Positions 37,422 through 46,507 are shown, numbered from the stretch's first letter. The stretch: 64,000 nt of DNA from Candidatus Falkowbacteria bacterium (GCA_037137655.1 JBAXJX010000001.1:161188-225187); one strand, 5' to 3'. A program made the numbers and translations. Notes: generated by a model not told the origin, from the letters alone.

Positions 37422-40067
37422 ATGGCCATAGAATTAGAAAAAAATTATAATCCGAAAGACGTTGAAGATAAAATTTATAAAGAGTGGTTAGACTCGGGTT
37501 TTTTTAATCCGGATAATTTGGATTTACCAGAAACGGCACCGAGTTATACGATTGTTTTGCCGCCACCAAATATTACTGATAAATTACACGTCGGACATGC
37601 TTCGACTTTGGCAATTGAAGATTTGTTAATTCGTTTTCATCGTATGAATGGTTATCGCGCTTTGTGGATTCCGGGAACGGATCACGCCGCAATTGCCACG
37701 CAAAATGCGGTGGAGAAAAAAATCTTCCGCGAAGAAGGGAAGACCCGTCATGATCTTGGCCGCGAAGTTTTTTTGGGCCGCTTAAATGATTTTGTTAAAG
37801 TAACGCAAGCGACAATTTTAAACCAATCAGCTAGAATGGGCTCTTCCATGGATTGGAGTCGTTTAGCTTTTACACTTGATGAACCCCGCCAAAAAGCGGT
37901 GCAAGCTATGTTCTTAAAAATGTATGAACAAGGCGCGATTTACCGCGGGGAGAGAATTGTGAATTGGTGTCCACGTTGTAAATCAACTTTAGCGGATGAT
38001 GAAGTGGAATATAAAGAACAAGCGGCTAAATTTTATACCTTTAAATATAGTGCGGATTTTCCAATGGCAATTTCCACGACTCGTCCAGAAACAAAATTAG
38101 GTGATACCGCCGTGGCCGTTAATCCGAAAGATGAACGTTATAAACAATATATCGGTCAAACTTTTGCTGTGGATTTTTGTGGTGTGCCACTAAATATTAA
38201 AGTGATTGCGGATCGTAATGTGGAAATGGAATTTGGGACCGGCGCTCTTGGTGTGACTCCAGCGCATTCGATGGTTGATTGGCAAATGGCTCAAACTAAT
38301 GACTTGCCGGTGATTAAAGTAATTGATGAAAATGCTAATATCCGTGAGGGCTTTGGTCGGTTTAGCGGTATGACGGCGATGGAAGCGCGTGCGGCGGTGG
38401 TGGCTGATTTAAACGCGGCTGGTTTAATGATTAAAGAAGATGAGATTGCGAATAATTTATCCGTTTGTTATCGCTGTGATACTGGCATCGAGCCTTTGCC
38501 ATCGAAACAATGGTTTGTGGCCGTGGATAAACCACTCGCTAATATGAACGGTCAAAGCTTAAAACAAGCGGCGATCGCGGCCGCCGAAAAAGGTGATATT
38601 AAATTTATCCCAGATCGTTTTAATAAACGCTATTTGGATTGGATGAATAATTTGCGTGACTGGTGTATCTCTCGTCAGATTTGGTTTGGTCATCGGATTC
38701 CAGTTTGGTACAAAGGTGAAGAAATTTATGTCGGTGAAAATGCGCCAGAAGGTAGTGATTGGACTCAAGATCCTGATACACTCGACACTTGGTTTTCCTC
38801 TGGCATGTGGACTTTCTCAACTTTAGGTTGGCCGGATAACATGGAAATGGTGGATGGTAAAATGGTGAAGAAGGGTGACTTGTTAAAATTCCATCCAACA
38901 CAAGTTTTAGAAACCGGTTATGAAATTTTGACTTTGTGGGTATCACGTATGATTATGATGTCACTGTTTGCGGTGGGAGAAATTCCATTTAGTGATGTGT
39001 ACTTACATGGCATGGTGCTTGATAAAAATGGTAAGAAGATGAGTAAGTCAAAAGGGAACGGCGTGGATCCGCTGGATGTCATTGCGACAGCTGGGGCTGA
39101 TGCTTTGCGCTTATCATTAATGGTTGGTTCAACTCCAGGAAATGATACTCGTTTTAGCGAAGAGCGCTTAGAAAGTGCCAAAAATTTTGTGAACAAACTT
39201 TGGAATATTAGTCGTTACGTTTTAAGTGGCGTCGAAGATATTAGAGCGGTCGGAGAAATTAATTCTGCGGAATTAACCGTGGCTGATGCTTGGATTTTGT
39301 CACGCTTGAACAAAACAATTACTGATTTTTCCGAGCGTATTACTCGTTACGAATTTTCTTTGGCCGGGGAGACTTTACGTGATTTCACTTTAAATGATTT
39401 AGCTGATTGGTATTTGGAAGCGAGTAAGTTTGATAATTCCGCGCAGAAAAATCCAGTCTTGATTCATGCTCTAAAAACAATTTTGAAATTGTGGCATCCG
39501 TTTATGCCATTTATCACCGAAAATATTTGGTCGTATTTGGGTGAAGAAAAAATGTTGCTTGTTTCCGCTTGGCCAATTGCTGACAATACTTTAATTAACG
39601 ATGAGGCCGAAAATAATTTTGCGCTCGTCCGTGATTTAATAGTGGCGATTCGTAATGCTCGCAGTGAAAATAAAATTGAACCAGCAACTAAAGTTAAAGC
39701 CTTGATGTTTGCGGGCGATAAAACAGAATTACTGAAAACGCAAAGTGCAATTATTTCTAGTTTACGTACTGGCTTAAGCGAAATTGAATTCGTCGGTGAG
39801 GCGCAAAAAATTGCGGACGCAATTTTTGTGTCAGTGGCTGGAGTAGAAATTTATTTGTTGGGCGGTATTGATAAAGATAAGGAACGCGAACGTTTAAATA
39901 AAGAAAAAGAAAATCTAAGTAAATTAATTACCAATTTAAGTGGTCGTTTGGCGAACGAAGAATTTGTGGCTCGCGCTCCGGAAAAAATTGTGGCCGCGGA
40001 AAAAGAAAAATTAGCCAACTGGCAAAGTGATTTAGAGAAGATTGAAGAGAAGCTAAAAACCTTATAA
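37422..40067 (+). CDS. valS: valyl-tRNA synthetase
   Basis: 881 aa. Motifs: PPPNITDKLHVGHA (HIGH), KMSKSKGN, TRPETKLGDTAVAV, C-terminal coiled coil. Confidence 0.95.
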   Translation: MAIELEKNYNPKDVEDKIYKEWLDSGFFNPDNLDLPETAPSYTIVLPPPNITDKLHVGHASTLAIEDLLIRFHRMNGYRALWIPGTDHAAIATQNAVEKKIFREEGKTRHDLGREVFLGRLNDFVKVTQATILNQSARMGSSMDWSRLAFTLDEPRQKAVQAMFLKMYEQGAIYRGERIVNWCPRCKSTLADDEVEYKEQAAKFYTFKYSADFPMAISTTRPETKLGDTAVAVNPKDERYKQYIGQTFAVDFCGVPLNIKVIADRNVEMEFGTGALGVTPAHSMVDWQMAQTNDLPVIKVIDENANIREGFGRFSGMTAMEARAAVVADLNAAGLMIKEDEIANNLSVCYRCDTGIEPLPSKQWFVAVDKPLANMNGQSLKQAAIAAAEKGDIKFIPDRFNKRYLDWMNNLRDWCISRQIWFGHRIPVWYKGEEIYVGENAPEGSDWTQDPDTLDTWFSSGMWTFSTLGWPDNMEMVDGKMVKKGDLLKFHPTQVLETGYEILTLWVSRMIMMSLFAVGEIPFSDVYLHGMVLDKNGKKMSKSKGNGVDPLDVIATAGADALRLSLMVGSTPGNDTRFSEERLESAKNFVNKLWNISRYVLSGVEDIRAVGEINSAELTVADAWILSRLNKTITDFSERITRYEFSLAGETLRDFTLNDLADWYLEASKFDNSAQKNPVLIHALKTILKLWHPFMPFITENIWSYLGEEKMLLVSAWPIADNTLINDEAENNFALVRDLIVAIRNARSENKIEPATKVKALMFAGDKTELLKTQSAIISSLRTGLSEIEFVGEAQKIADAIFVSVAGVEIYLLGGIDKDKERERLNKEKENLSKLITNLSGRLANEEFVARAPEKIVAAEKEKLANWQSDLEKIEEKLKTL

Positions 40068-40080
40068 TGATAGATAAAAA

Positions 40081-40107
40081 AAAGACCTCTGATGAGGTCT
40101 TTTTTTT
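40081..40107 (+). terminator. rho-independent terminator after valS
   Basis: agacctc-tgat-gaggtct followed by ttttttt. Confidence 0.85.
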
Positions 40108-40124
40108 GTGTTTAAAATAAAATT

Positions 40125-40133
40125 TGCTATAAT
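40125..40133 (+). promoter_or_regulatory. extended -10 promoter of pilin gene 1
   Basis: tgcTATAATctat, conserved with 41538-41546 and 43787-43795. Confidence 0.6.
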
Positions 40134-40168
40134 CTATTTGTATATTATAAATAAATTATTTTTTTGCT

Positions 40169-41464
40169 ATGAAAAACAAAAAACACGGGTTTACTTTGAT
40201 CGAACTTTTAGTTGTAATTGCCATTATTGGTATTCTTGCAACTATTGCGGTGGTCGCTTTACAAAACGCCAGAGCTAAAGCGCGTGATGCACGTCGTGTC
40301 GCTGATGTGAAACAAGTGCAAACGGCTTTAGAATTATTTTTCAATGATATGCAGCGTTATCCGGCAACGGCTGAATTTAATGCTGGATCAATTTTTTCCA
40401 CTACCACTAATGGTACAACCACTTATATGGCTAAAATTCCGGTTGCTCCAACTCCGGCTGATGGCGCATGTAATAAAGATAATAATACTTATAGTTATTT
40501 AGCTAAGCCAGATGGTTCTTCTTATACTATTTCTTATTGTTTGGCTGGTAATACTGGATCAATAAGTTCTGGCTATCATTGTGCCACTCCGGCCGGATTA
40601 AATGACGGTAGTGTTTGTGGTGGTGATTATATTTCTTGCCCAGGAACTCCAGTGGTGCAATATGAAGGTGGTCAATTTAATTCTGATGGCGTTTCCACGA
40701 CTACAGGTGGATATTATCGCACCGTACAAATTGGTGGTCAATGTTGGTTGCGTGAAAATTTAAATGTTGGAACTTTTATTGGTGCAGCAACTAACGCCAA
40801 TGGTTATGATGGCCAATCCGGAACGATTGATGATTGTCATGATGTTTCGTTGTATGTAACATCAACACCTTTATTCACCTGGTCGTGTCAGGGGGCGTCC
40901 GGAGTTCAAAAATATTGTTCTGATAATAATCCTGGTAATTGTGCGACGACCGGCGGATTGTATGAGTGGACCGAGGCAATGGGATTGCCTAATGATTGTT
41001 CTGAAGTAACCACCAGTACAAATATTTCCGGTGAAAATTATTCACTTAATTGTTCAGTTAGTGGTGTCCATGGCATTGGTGCTAATACTCAAGGTATTTG
41101 TCCGAGTGGTTGGCACATCCCGAATTATACGGATTGGAAAACATTGGATCAGGGGTTAGCTAGTGATCATAATTGTGATGCCAACTTGGCTTATTTAATT
41201 TCATCAACCACCTATGCTTGTTCTCCGGCCGGTGATGCTATAAAAGATACTGGTTCGAGTAATTTTTTAGCGGTCCATTCTCGTTATTATCAATGGAGTG
41301 GAGCATTCTCTGACGGTCGTGGTTGGTGGGCGGCTACTGGTCCAGCATCTAAATTATTGCTTCGTAGTTCTTGGTATCAGTTTTTGTCTGATGGTCAATC
41401 TGGAATTCTTGGTGGCTATACTGGAAAAACTGGTGCATTTAATGTTCGTTGTATAAAGAATTAA
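40169..41464 (+). CDS. prepilin-type N-terminal domain protein fused to a FISUMP (Fibrobacter succinogenes major paralogous) domain, paralog 1
   Basis: MKNKKHG|[24 protein letters not shown] class III signal. Pilin core with DGAC...YCLAG...HCATPAG. C-terminus has [53 protein letters not shown]. Confidence 0.85.
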   Translation: MKNKKHGFTLIELLVVIAIIGILATIAVVALQNARAKARDARRVADVKQVQTALELFFNDMQRYPATAEFNAGSIFSTTTNGTTTYMAKIPVAPTPADGACNKDNNTYSYLAKPDGSSYTISYCLAGNTGSISSGYHCATPAGLNDGSVCGGDYISCPGTPVVQYEGGQFNSDGVSTTTGGYYRTVQIGGQCWLRENLNVGTFIGAATNANGYDGQSGTIDDCHDVSLYVTSTPLFTWSCQGASGVQKYCSDNNPGNCATTGGLYEWTEAMGLPNDCSEVTTSTNISGENYSLNCSVSGVHGIGANTQGICPSGWHIPNYTDWKTLDQGLASDHNCDANLAYLISSTTYACSPAGDAIKDTGSSNFLAVHSRYYQWSGAFSDGRGWWAATGPASKLLLRSSWYQFLSDGQSGILGGYTGKTGAFNVRCIKN

Positions 41465-41488
41465 AATTTTTTGAAGTAAAATATAAAA

Positions 41489-41520
41489 AAGACCTAGAAA
41501 ATTTCTCGGTCTTTTTTTTG
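41489..41520 (+). terminator. rho-independent terminator after pilin gene 1
   Basis: aagacctagaaa / tttctcggtctt hairpin followed by tttttt. Confidence 0.7.
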
Positions 41521-41574
41521 CGCCTCAAACAAAATTTTGCTATAATCTATCTATAATAAAATAAATAATTTTTT
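41520..41574 (+). promoter_or_regulatory. conserved promoter/leader cassette of pilin gene 2
   Basis: gcgcctcaaacaaaattttgcTATAATctatctataataaaataa. Nearly the same block occurs at 43769-43822. Extended -10 at 41538-41546. Confidence 0.6.
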
Positions 41575-42771
41575 ATGTTTCATAAATTTAAAAAAGCTTT
41601 TACACTCATCGAACTTCTTGTTGTTATTGCCATCATTGGTCTCTTGGCAACTATTGCAATTGTCGCACTAAACAATGCTCGTTCGAAAGCGCGCGACGCG
41701 CGCCGCGTAGCGGATGTGAAACAAATCCAAACTGCTCTCGATCTATATTACAATGACGCCGGTCATTATCCACTAAATAATATTTTTGCCTCTGGCACCA
41801 TATTCACAACTTCCACGGTTACCGGTACAACAACTTACATGCAAATCGTTCCACATGCTCCAACTCCAACTGATGGTTCATGTAACGTAGCCGCTAATAC
41901 TTATTCTTACGCCGTTGATAGTGAAGGTAAGGCTTACAACATTGGTTACTGTCTTGGTGGTCCAGCCGGATCAATGGCCGCTGGCTATAAATGTGCCACT
42001 CCTGATGGCGTGTTCAATCTAGCTTGTGCTGGCGCAGCTACTTCAACCAACATGGTTGGTGGCAGCGGAGCAGCTAACTTCACTTCTTGTGGCGACCAAG
42101 TTTCTTACGGTGGAATAAATTATGATACTGTTCAAATCGGTGCTCAATGTTGGATGAGACAAAATTTAAATATTGGGACTATGGTTTCTGGCGGCGTGAA
42201 TCAGTCTGACGTTTCTGCCTCATCATCTCCAAGTGATTTTCAAAAATATTGTTATGGCGGCTGGGCAACTGGGTGTGATAATAACAATGGTGGTTTGTAT
42301 CAGTGGCACACTGTTATGGCTTTGCCGGCAGCTTGTGATAACCATGATGGATCGGGAGTTTGTAATATAAGTTATCCACGTCAAGGTATTTGTCCAAGTA
42401 ACTGGCACGTGCCAAGTGATGTCGAATGGAATACTTTAGAATTGGCCACTGGGGGTGACTCAAGTAGCTGTAGTAATACACGTTACAATCCAAGTGATAG
42501 TAATTGTTCAGCGCCATACTGGACTTTGATGACTAATGATACTACTCATTTTTCAGCAACATTTTCAGGTGTTTATTCAGTGCCGAACGCCTCATTTATC
42601 TCAAGTGGTACAAATGGTGTTTGGTGGTCTAGCACTGCTAATGACTTAACGACATCTTGGTGGCGCGGAGTTGGTACTGGCCTTTATTATTATAGTAGTA
42701 CAAGAACTTATGTTTTTCGCAGTTATTACGGTCGTACCTCTGGTTTTTCTGTTCGTTGCGTTCATGATTAA
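41575..42771 (+). CDS. prepilin-type N-terminal domain protein fused to a FISUMP domain, paralog 2
   Basis: MFHKFKKA|[25 protein letters not shown]-terminus has YDTVQIGAQCWMRQNLN, GGLYQWHTVM, GICPSNWHVPSDVEWNTL, FSVRCVHD. Confidence 0.85.
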   Translation: MFHKFKKAFTLIELLVVIAIIGLLATIAIVALNNARSKARDARRVADVKQIQTALDLYYNDAGHYPLNNIFASGTIFTTSTVTGTTTYMQIVPHAPTPTDGSCNVAANTYSYAVDSEGKAYNIGYCLGGPAGSMAAGYKCATPDGVFNLACAGAATSTNMVGGSGAANFTSCGDQVSYGGINYDTVQIGAQCWMRQNLNIGTMVSGGVNQSDVSASSSPSDFQKYCYGGWATGCDNNNGGLYQWHTVMALPAACDNHDGSGVCNISYPRQGICPSNWHVPSDVEWNTLELATGGDSSSCSNTRYNPSDSNCSAPYWTLMTNDTTHFSATFSGVYSVPNASFISSGTNGVWWSSTANDLTTSWWRGVGTGLYYYSSTRTYVFRSYYGRTSGFSVRCVHD

Positions 42772-42784
42772 AATTTAATTTCTT

Positions 42785-43762
42785 ATGAAAAATAAACGAG
42801 GTTTTACTTTAATTGAATTACTTGTTGTCATCGCCATTATTGCCATCTTGGCCACTATTGCGGTGATCGCCTTACAAAATGCTCGTGCCAAAGCGCGGGA
42901 CGCACGTCGTGTCGCTGATGTGAAACAAGTGCAAACGGCTTTAGAATTATTTTTCAACGACAAGCAACGTTATCCAACCGCTGATGAATTTGGTGTTGGT
43001 TCGATTTATTCTACTTCCTCTTTAGGCACCACTACTTATATGGCCATGATTCCAACTCCACCATCTCCGGCTGATGGACCGTGTTCCAGTACCAGTGCTT
43101 ATATTTATAATCCATCATCTGATGGTGGGTCTTACACTATTGCTTATTGTTTAGGTGGTCCAGTCAGTCAACTTGTTCCCGGAAAACATTGCGCGACACC
43201 GGCCGGTATAAATGATGGTAGTGGTTGCGGAAAAGTGTACACTCTCCGCGATATTGGTCCTGATGGTGGTTATATTTTTTACGTTGATCATGTTTCAGGC
43301 TTGACTTATGAGGCGGCGCCAAGTGATTCGGCTATCATTCCTTGGAGTGATATAACAAATATATCGGTGCCGGGTATTGTTGATAATCATAATTGGCCAG
43401 CAGATCTTACTGGCAATGAAATAATAGGCGCTGGCGTTTATAATACAAGTAAGATCGTAGCTCAATCTGCAAATAGTGCTGCTGGTGAATGCGTTAACTT
43501 AGGTCAGGGTTGGTTTTTGCCGTCACTGGGTGAATTAAATAAGATGTACGTTAATTTGCAAAGTGGCACTGATGAAAATAATGTACAATATACCCCCGTG
43601 CCTTATTTCCCTGGCGGTGGTGGTTTTTCGAATTCTTATTATTGGAGTTCGTCGGAATATTCTAGTGGCAATGCTTGGTCTAAGTATTTTTACAATGGTG
43701 CTTATAGTGGCAGCTATAAAACCAACACTACTATGTATGTGCGGTGCGTTAAAACTTTTTAA
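42785..43762 (+). CDS. prepilin-type N-terminal domain protein fused to a DUF1566-like (Lcl C-terminal-like) domain, paralog 3
   Basis: MKNKRG|[24 protein letters not shown] and the same pilin core. C-terminus has [45 protein letters not shown]. Only 13 nt separate it from paralog 2, so it is probably co-transcribed. Confidence 0.8.
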   Translation: MKNKRGFTLIELLVVIAIIAILATIAVIALQNARAKARDARRVADVKQVQTALELFFNDKQRYPTADEFGVGSIYSTSSLGTTTYMAMIPTPPSPADGPCSSTSAYIYNPSSDGGSYTIAYCLGGPVSQLVPGKHCATPAGINDGSGCGKVYTLRDIGPDGGYIFYVDHVSGLTYEAAPSDSAIIPWSDITNISVPGIVDNHNWPADLTGNEIIGAGVYNTSKIVAQSANSAAGECVNLGQGWFLPSLGELNKMYVNLQSGTDENNVQYTPVPYFPGGGGFSNSYYWSSSEYSSGNAWSKYFYNGAYSGSYKTNTTMYVRCVKTF

Positions 43763-43768
43763 ATAACT

Positions 43769-43822
43769 GCGCCTCAAACAAAAATTTGCTATAATTTATC
43801 TATAACAAAATAACCAATTTTC
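43769..43822 (+). promoter_or_regulatory. conserved promoter/leader cassette of pilin gene 4
   Basis: gcgcctcaaacaaaaatttgcTATAATttatctataacaaaataa. Extended -10 at 43787-43795. Confidence 0.6.
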
Positions 43823-44977
43823 ATGAAAAACAAAAAAGCCGCTTTTACGCTCATTGAACTTCTCGTCGTTATTGCTATTATCGGCATCTTAGCGACGATT
43901 GCGGTTGTTGCTTTACAAAATGCGCGAGCTAAGGCGCGGGATGCGCGCCGTATCGCTGATGTGAAACAAATGCAAACGGCGCTTGAATTATTTTTCAATG
44001 ATAAACAAAGATATCCAACGGCTGGTGAATTTGGTGTCGGCGCTATTTATTCTACTTCCACCCAAGGCACAACCACTTACATGGCGATAATTCCAACTCC
44101 ACCATCCCCAGCTGATGGCTCATGTACCAGCACTAATGCTTATGGATATTATCCGACTTCTGATGGCGCATCATATTCTATTTCCTATTGTGTTGGTGGT
44201 CCGGTCGGTACTCTAACTTCTGGCGTACATTGTGCAACCCCAGCTGGCATTGCTGATGGAATCATTTGTGGTAGTGGCGGTGGTGGTGTGGCTGCTTGTT
44301 CGGCTAGTACTGCTGGCGGTACAACTTGTTCTTATGCCGGCGAAAACTACCCAACGGTTACTATTGGAACTCAAGTTTGGATGGCCAAGAATTTAAACGT
44401 CGGAACTATGATTCCGGGAACTAGTAATCAAGTTAGCACTGGAAATGTTATTGAAAAATATTGTTATAATAATGCTACTAGTAGTTGTGATACTTATGGT
44501 GGCTTATATCAATGGAATGAGGCGATGCAATATTATGCCGGAACATTCGACGGTAGTGGTAACCCAACAACAATCGTTCAGGGTATTTGTCCGACTGGTT
44601 GGCATATGCCGAGTGATGCTGAATTGACAGTTTTAACTAGCTATCTTTCTGGAAATAGCCAATACTGGTGTAATAGTAATTCTACTTATATAGTCAAATC
44701 TTTAGCAGCTACTTCTACCTGGAGCTCAAACACCGGCACTTGTTTCGTGGGCAATAATCAAACCTTAAACAATTTAACTGGCTTTAATGGTTTACCGGCC
44801 GGCTACCGCAGCATTGATGGTTCGTCCAACTTTCAATCATATCTTGCGTATTTTTGGTCTTCCACTGTTAGCGGCTCGGGCTCCTGGTTTTGGGTTTTGC
44901 ATCACGACTATGCCACTGTTGACCGGGATCATAATGACCGAGCTTATGGCTTTTCTATGCGTTGTCTACGAAACTAA
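43823..44977 (+). CDS. prepilin-type N-terminal domain protein fused to a FISUMP domain, paralog 4
   Basis: MKNKKAA|[25 protein letters not shown]-terminus has YPTVTIGTQVWMAKNLN, GGLYQWNEAM, GICPTGWHMPSDAELTVL, GFNGLPAGYR, YFWSST, FSMRCLRN. Confidence 0.88.
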   Translation: MKNKKAAFTLIELLVVIAIIGILATIAVVALQNARAKARDARRIADVKQMQTALELFFNDKQRYPTAGEFGVGAIYSTSTQGTTTYMAIIPTPPSPADGSCTSTNAYGYYPTSDGASYSISYCVGGPVGTLTSGVHCATPAGIADGIICGSGGGGVAACSASTAGGTTCSYAGENYPTVTIGTQVWMAKNLNVGTMIPGTSNQVSTGNVIEKYCYNNATSSCDTYGGLYQWNEAMQYYAGTFDGSGNPTTIVQGICPTGWHMPSDAELTVLTSYLSGNSQYWCNSNSTYIVKSLAATSTWSSNTGTCFVGNNQTLNNLTGFNGLPAGYRSIDGSSNFQSYLAYFWSSTVSGSGSWFWVLHHDYATVDRDHNDRAYGFSMRCLRN

Positions 44978-44991
44978 ATAAACTGATTATA

Positions 44992-45021
44992 AAATCACCT
45001 CATCTCTGGGGTGATTTTTTG
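44992..45021 (+). terminator. rho-independent terminator after pilin gene 4
   Basis: aatcacctc-atctct-ggggtgatt followed by ttttt. Confidence 0.7.
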
Positions 45022-45100
45022 TTTATTAAAAAGTTACCAGTATTGCGTTATTATCATTGCGAATAATAAATAATTAATTTTTGGCTCCTCGCTTAAAATT

Positions 45101-46459
45101 ATGTTTAAAATCTTAAAATCGCGTTTGTTAATTTTGGTAATTATTTCGTTGCTCATGATTTCGCCGGTGGCGGTCATGGCCGCACCGAACAACCCAGGCC
45201 TTTTTAATCAAGCTAAAGATTTTATGGTCAACAAAGTCGGGCATTTTTTTGGTTCAATTTTTGGCGGGGAAACGCTCTCGCCGATTGTGCTCAGTGATAG
45301 TGGCGTCACGGTTAAAACTACGACCGCGCCGAAAACAAGTGCGAAAAAAGCGACGACCACTAAGAAGGCGACGGCAAAAAAAACTACCACAAAAAAAGCC
45401 ACTACGACGAAAAAAACTGCAAGCACGGCGGCGATTTCCGATACTGAATTAAAGAATATTATTCGCAAAGAAATTGCTGAACTTTTGAAAATGACTGGAC
45501 AAATTGCCATTGAAGAAACTAATCGAATGCGTAATTATTTGAAAAAATATTCTAGCATCAAAACTTTAACTAAAAACGTCAGTTCTTCGACGGATGCGGA
45601 TTTAGCGGATAGTGGTTATGATTATAGCGCGGCGATAACACCCTCGGCGACCTTTGTGCTATCGTCTTTTTCTTTTTTGGATTCTTTAAATTCACTACTT
45701 CATGTACCGATGATCGTGGCGCCGTCATCGGCCCCGACGCCGACAAGCGAGAGTTCGTCGACCAATAATAATGCCACGAGCACGGAAAACATTTTATCAT
45801 CAGATTCTGATAACGCCAGTAGTTCGGAAAGTGCAATTAGCACGAGTACTGAAATTATCTCTACAAGCACGGAAACGATAATTGATAATTCCACTAGCAC
45901 CGAAGCAAGTGATAACGCTACTAGCACTCCAGCCAAAACCACGCCATTAAAATTATTGATCAGTCGCCTTTATGTAACCGGTGATAATGATTTAATTGAA
46001 TTATATAATCCGATGAGTGTGGATATTGATTTGGCAGCAGGGAATTATCGTTTGGAAAAAACCAAGACCGCCGTTGATCCAGCTATTTTAATGCGCTTCG
46101 GCAATCCTGCTGACGGCACTTATCCGGGCGGCACAATTATTAAATCCGGCGGCACTTATTTAATTGTGCGCGATAAGGCCGAGGTGGCTTTACGGGAAAA
46201 AGCGCAGGCCATTGCTACAACCAAGACTTTTACTTTTGATTCATCTGGCTACACAATTTATCTTGGTGATGACTCTATTTCTGGCCCGACCGATGAAAAT
46301 ATTATTGATTATGTCGGTTATGGCACAGCTAATTTTTATGAAGGTTTAGCCCCAGCCCCAGAAATTTCTGATAATTATATTTTGCAGAGAAAAACAAATA
46401 ACGGCTTATTTGTCGATACGGACAGTAATAGCACCGATTTCTCTTTAGTCTCGCCTTAG
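45101..46459 (+). CDS. secreted protein with K/T-rich and S/T-rich low-complexity tracts and a C-terminal lamin tail domain (LTD)
   Basis: Signal peptide ...SPVAVMA|AP. KKATTTKKATAKKTTTKKATTTKK tract. S/T/N-rich tract. C-terminus has LLISRLYVTGDNDLIELYNPMSVDIDLAAGNYRL...GGTYLIV...DYVGYG, matching the LTD pattern (INE...EFIELYNP...DLSGW). Confidence 0.65.
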   Translation: MFKILKSRLLILVIISLLMISPVAVMAAPNNPGLFNQAKDFMVNKVGHFFGSIFGGETLSPIVLSDSGVTVKTTTAPKTSAKKATTTKKATAKKTTTKKATTTKKTASTAAISDTELKNIIRKEIAELLKMTGQIAIEETNRMRNYLKKYSSIKTLTKNVSSSTDADLADSGYDYSAAITPSATFVLSSFSFLDSLNSLLHVPMIVAPSSAPTPTSESSSTNNNATSTENILSSDSDNASSSESAISTSTEIISTSTETIIDNSTSTEASDNATSTPAKTTPLKLLISRLYVTGDNDLIELYNPMSVDIDLAAGNYRLEKTKTAVDPAILMRFGNPADGTYPGGTIIKSGGTYLIVRDKAEVALREKAQAIATTKTFTFDSSGYTIYLGDDSISGPTDENIIDYVGYGTANFYEGLAPAPEISDNYILQRKTNNGLFVDTDSNSTDFSLVSP

Positions 46460-46507
46460 TATTGTTATAATATTTGGCTTATTTTAGGTATATTTATATG
46501 TCATTAT

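Noticed and set aside
40083-40107. A CUGAUGA motif (cctctgatgaggtct) resembles the hammerhead ribozyme core.
   Set aside because: It is simply the loop and stem of the valS rho-independent terminator. There is no matching GAAA/stem III arrangement.
40156-40344. Three similar - strand ORFs of 62-69 aa (40156..40344, 42775..42963, 43789..43998; [24 protein letters not shown]...) could be mistaken for a conserved small-protein family.
   Set aside because: They are the exact antisense of the conserved prepilin N-terminal coding sequence. Their similarity only mirrors sense-strand conservation. They lack independent start context, and their ends track the pilin 5' regions.
45330-45430. Short degenerate tandem repeats in the DNA (aaaaaagc(g/c)ac(g/t)ac...) could be taken for a non-coding repeat array or CRISPR-like structure.
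   Set aside because: They are in frame within the LTD protein and encode the KKATTT low-complexity tract. There are no regular repeat-spacer units. I saw no CRISPR array anywhere in the window.
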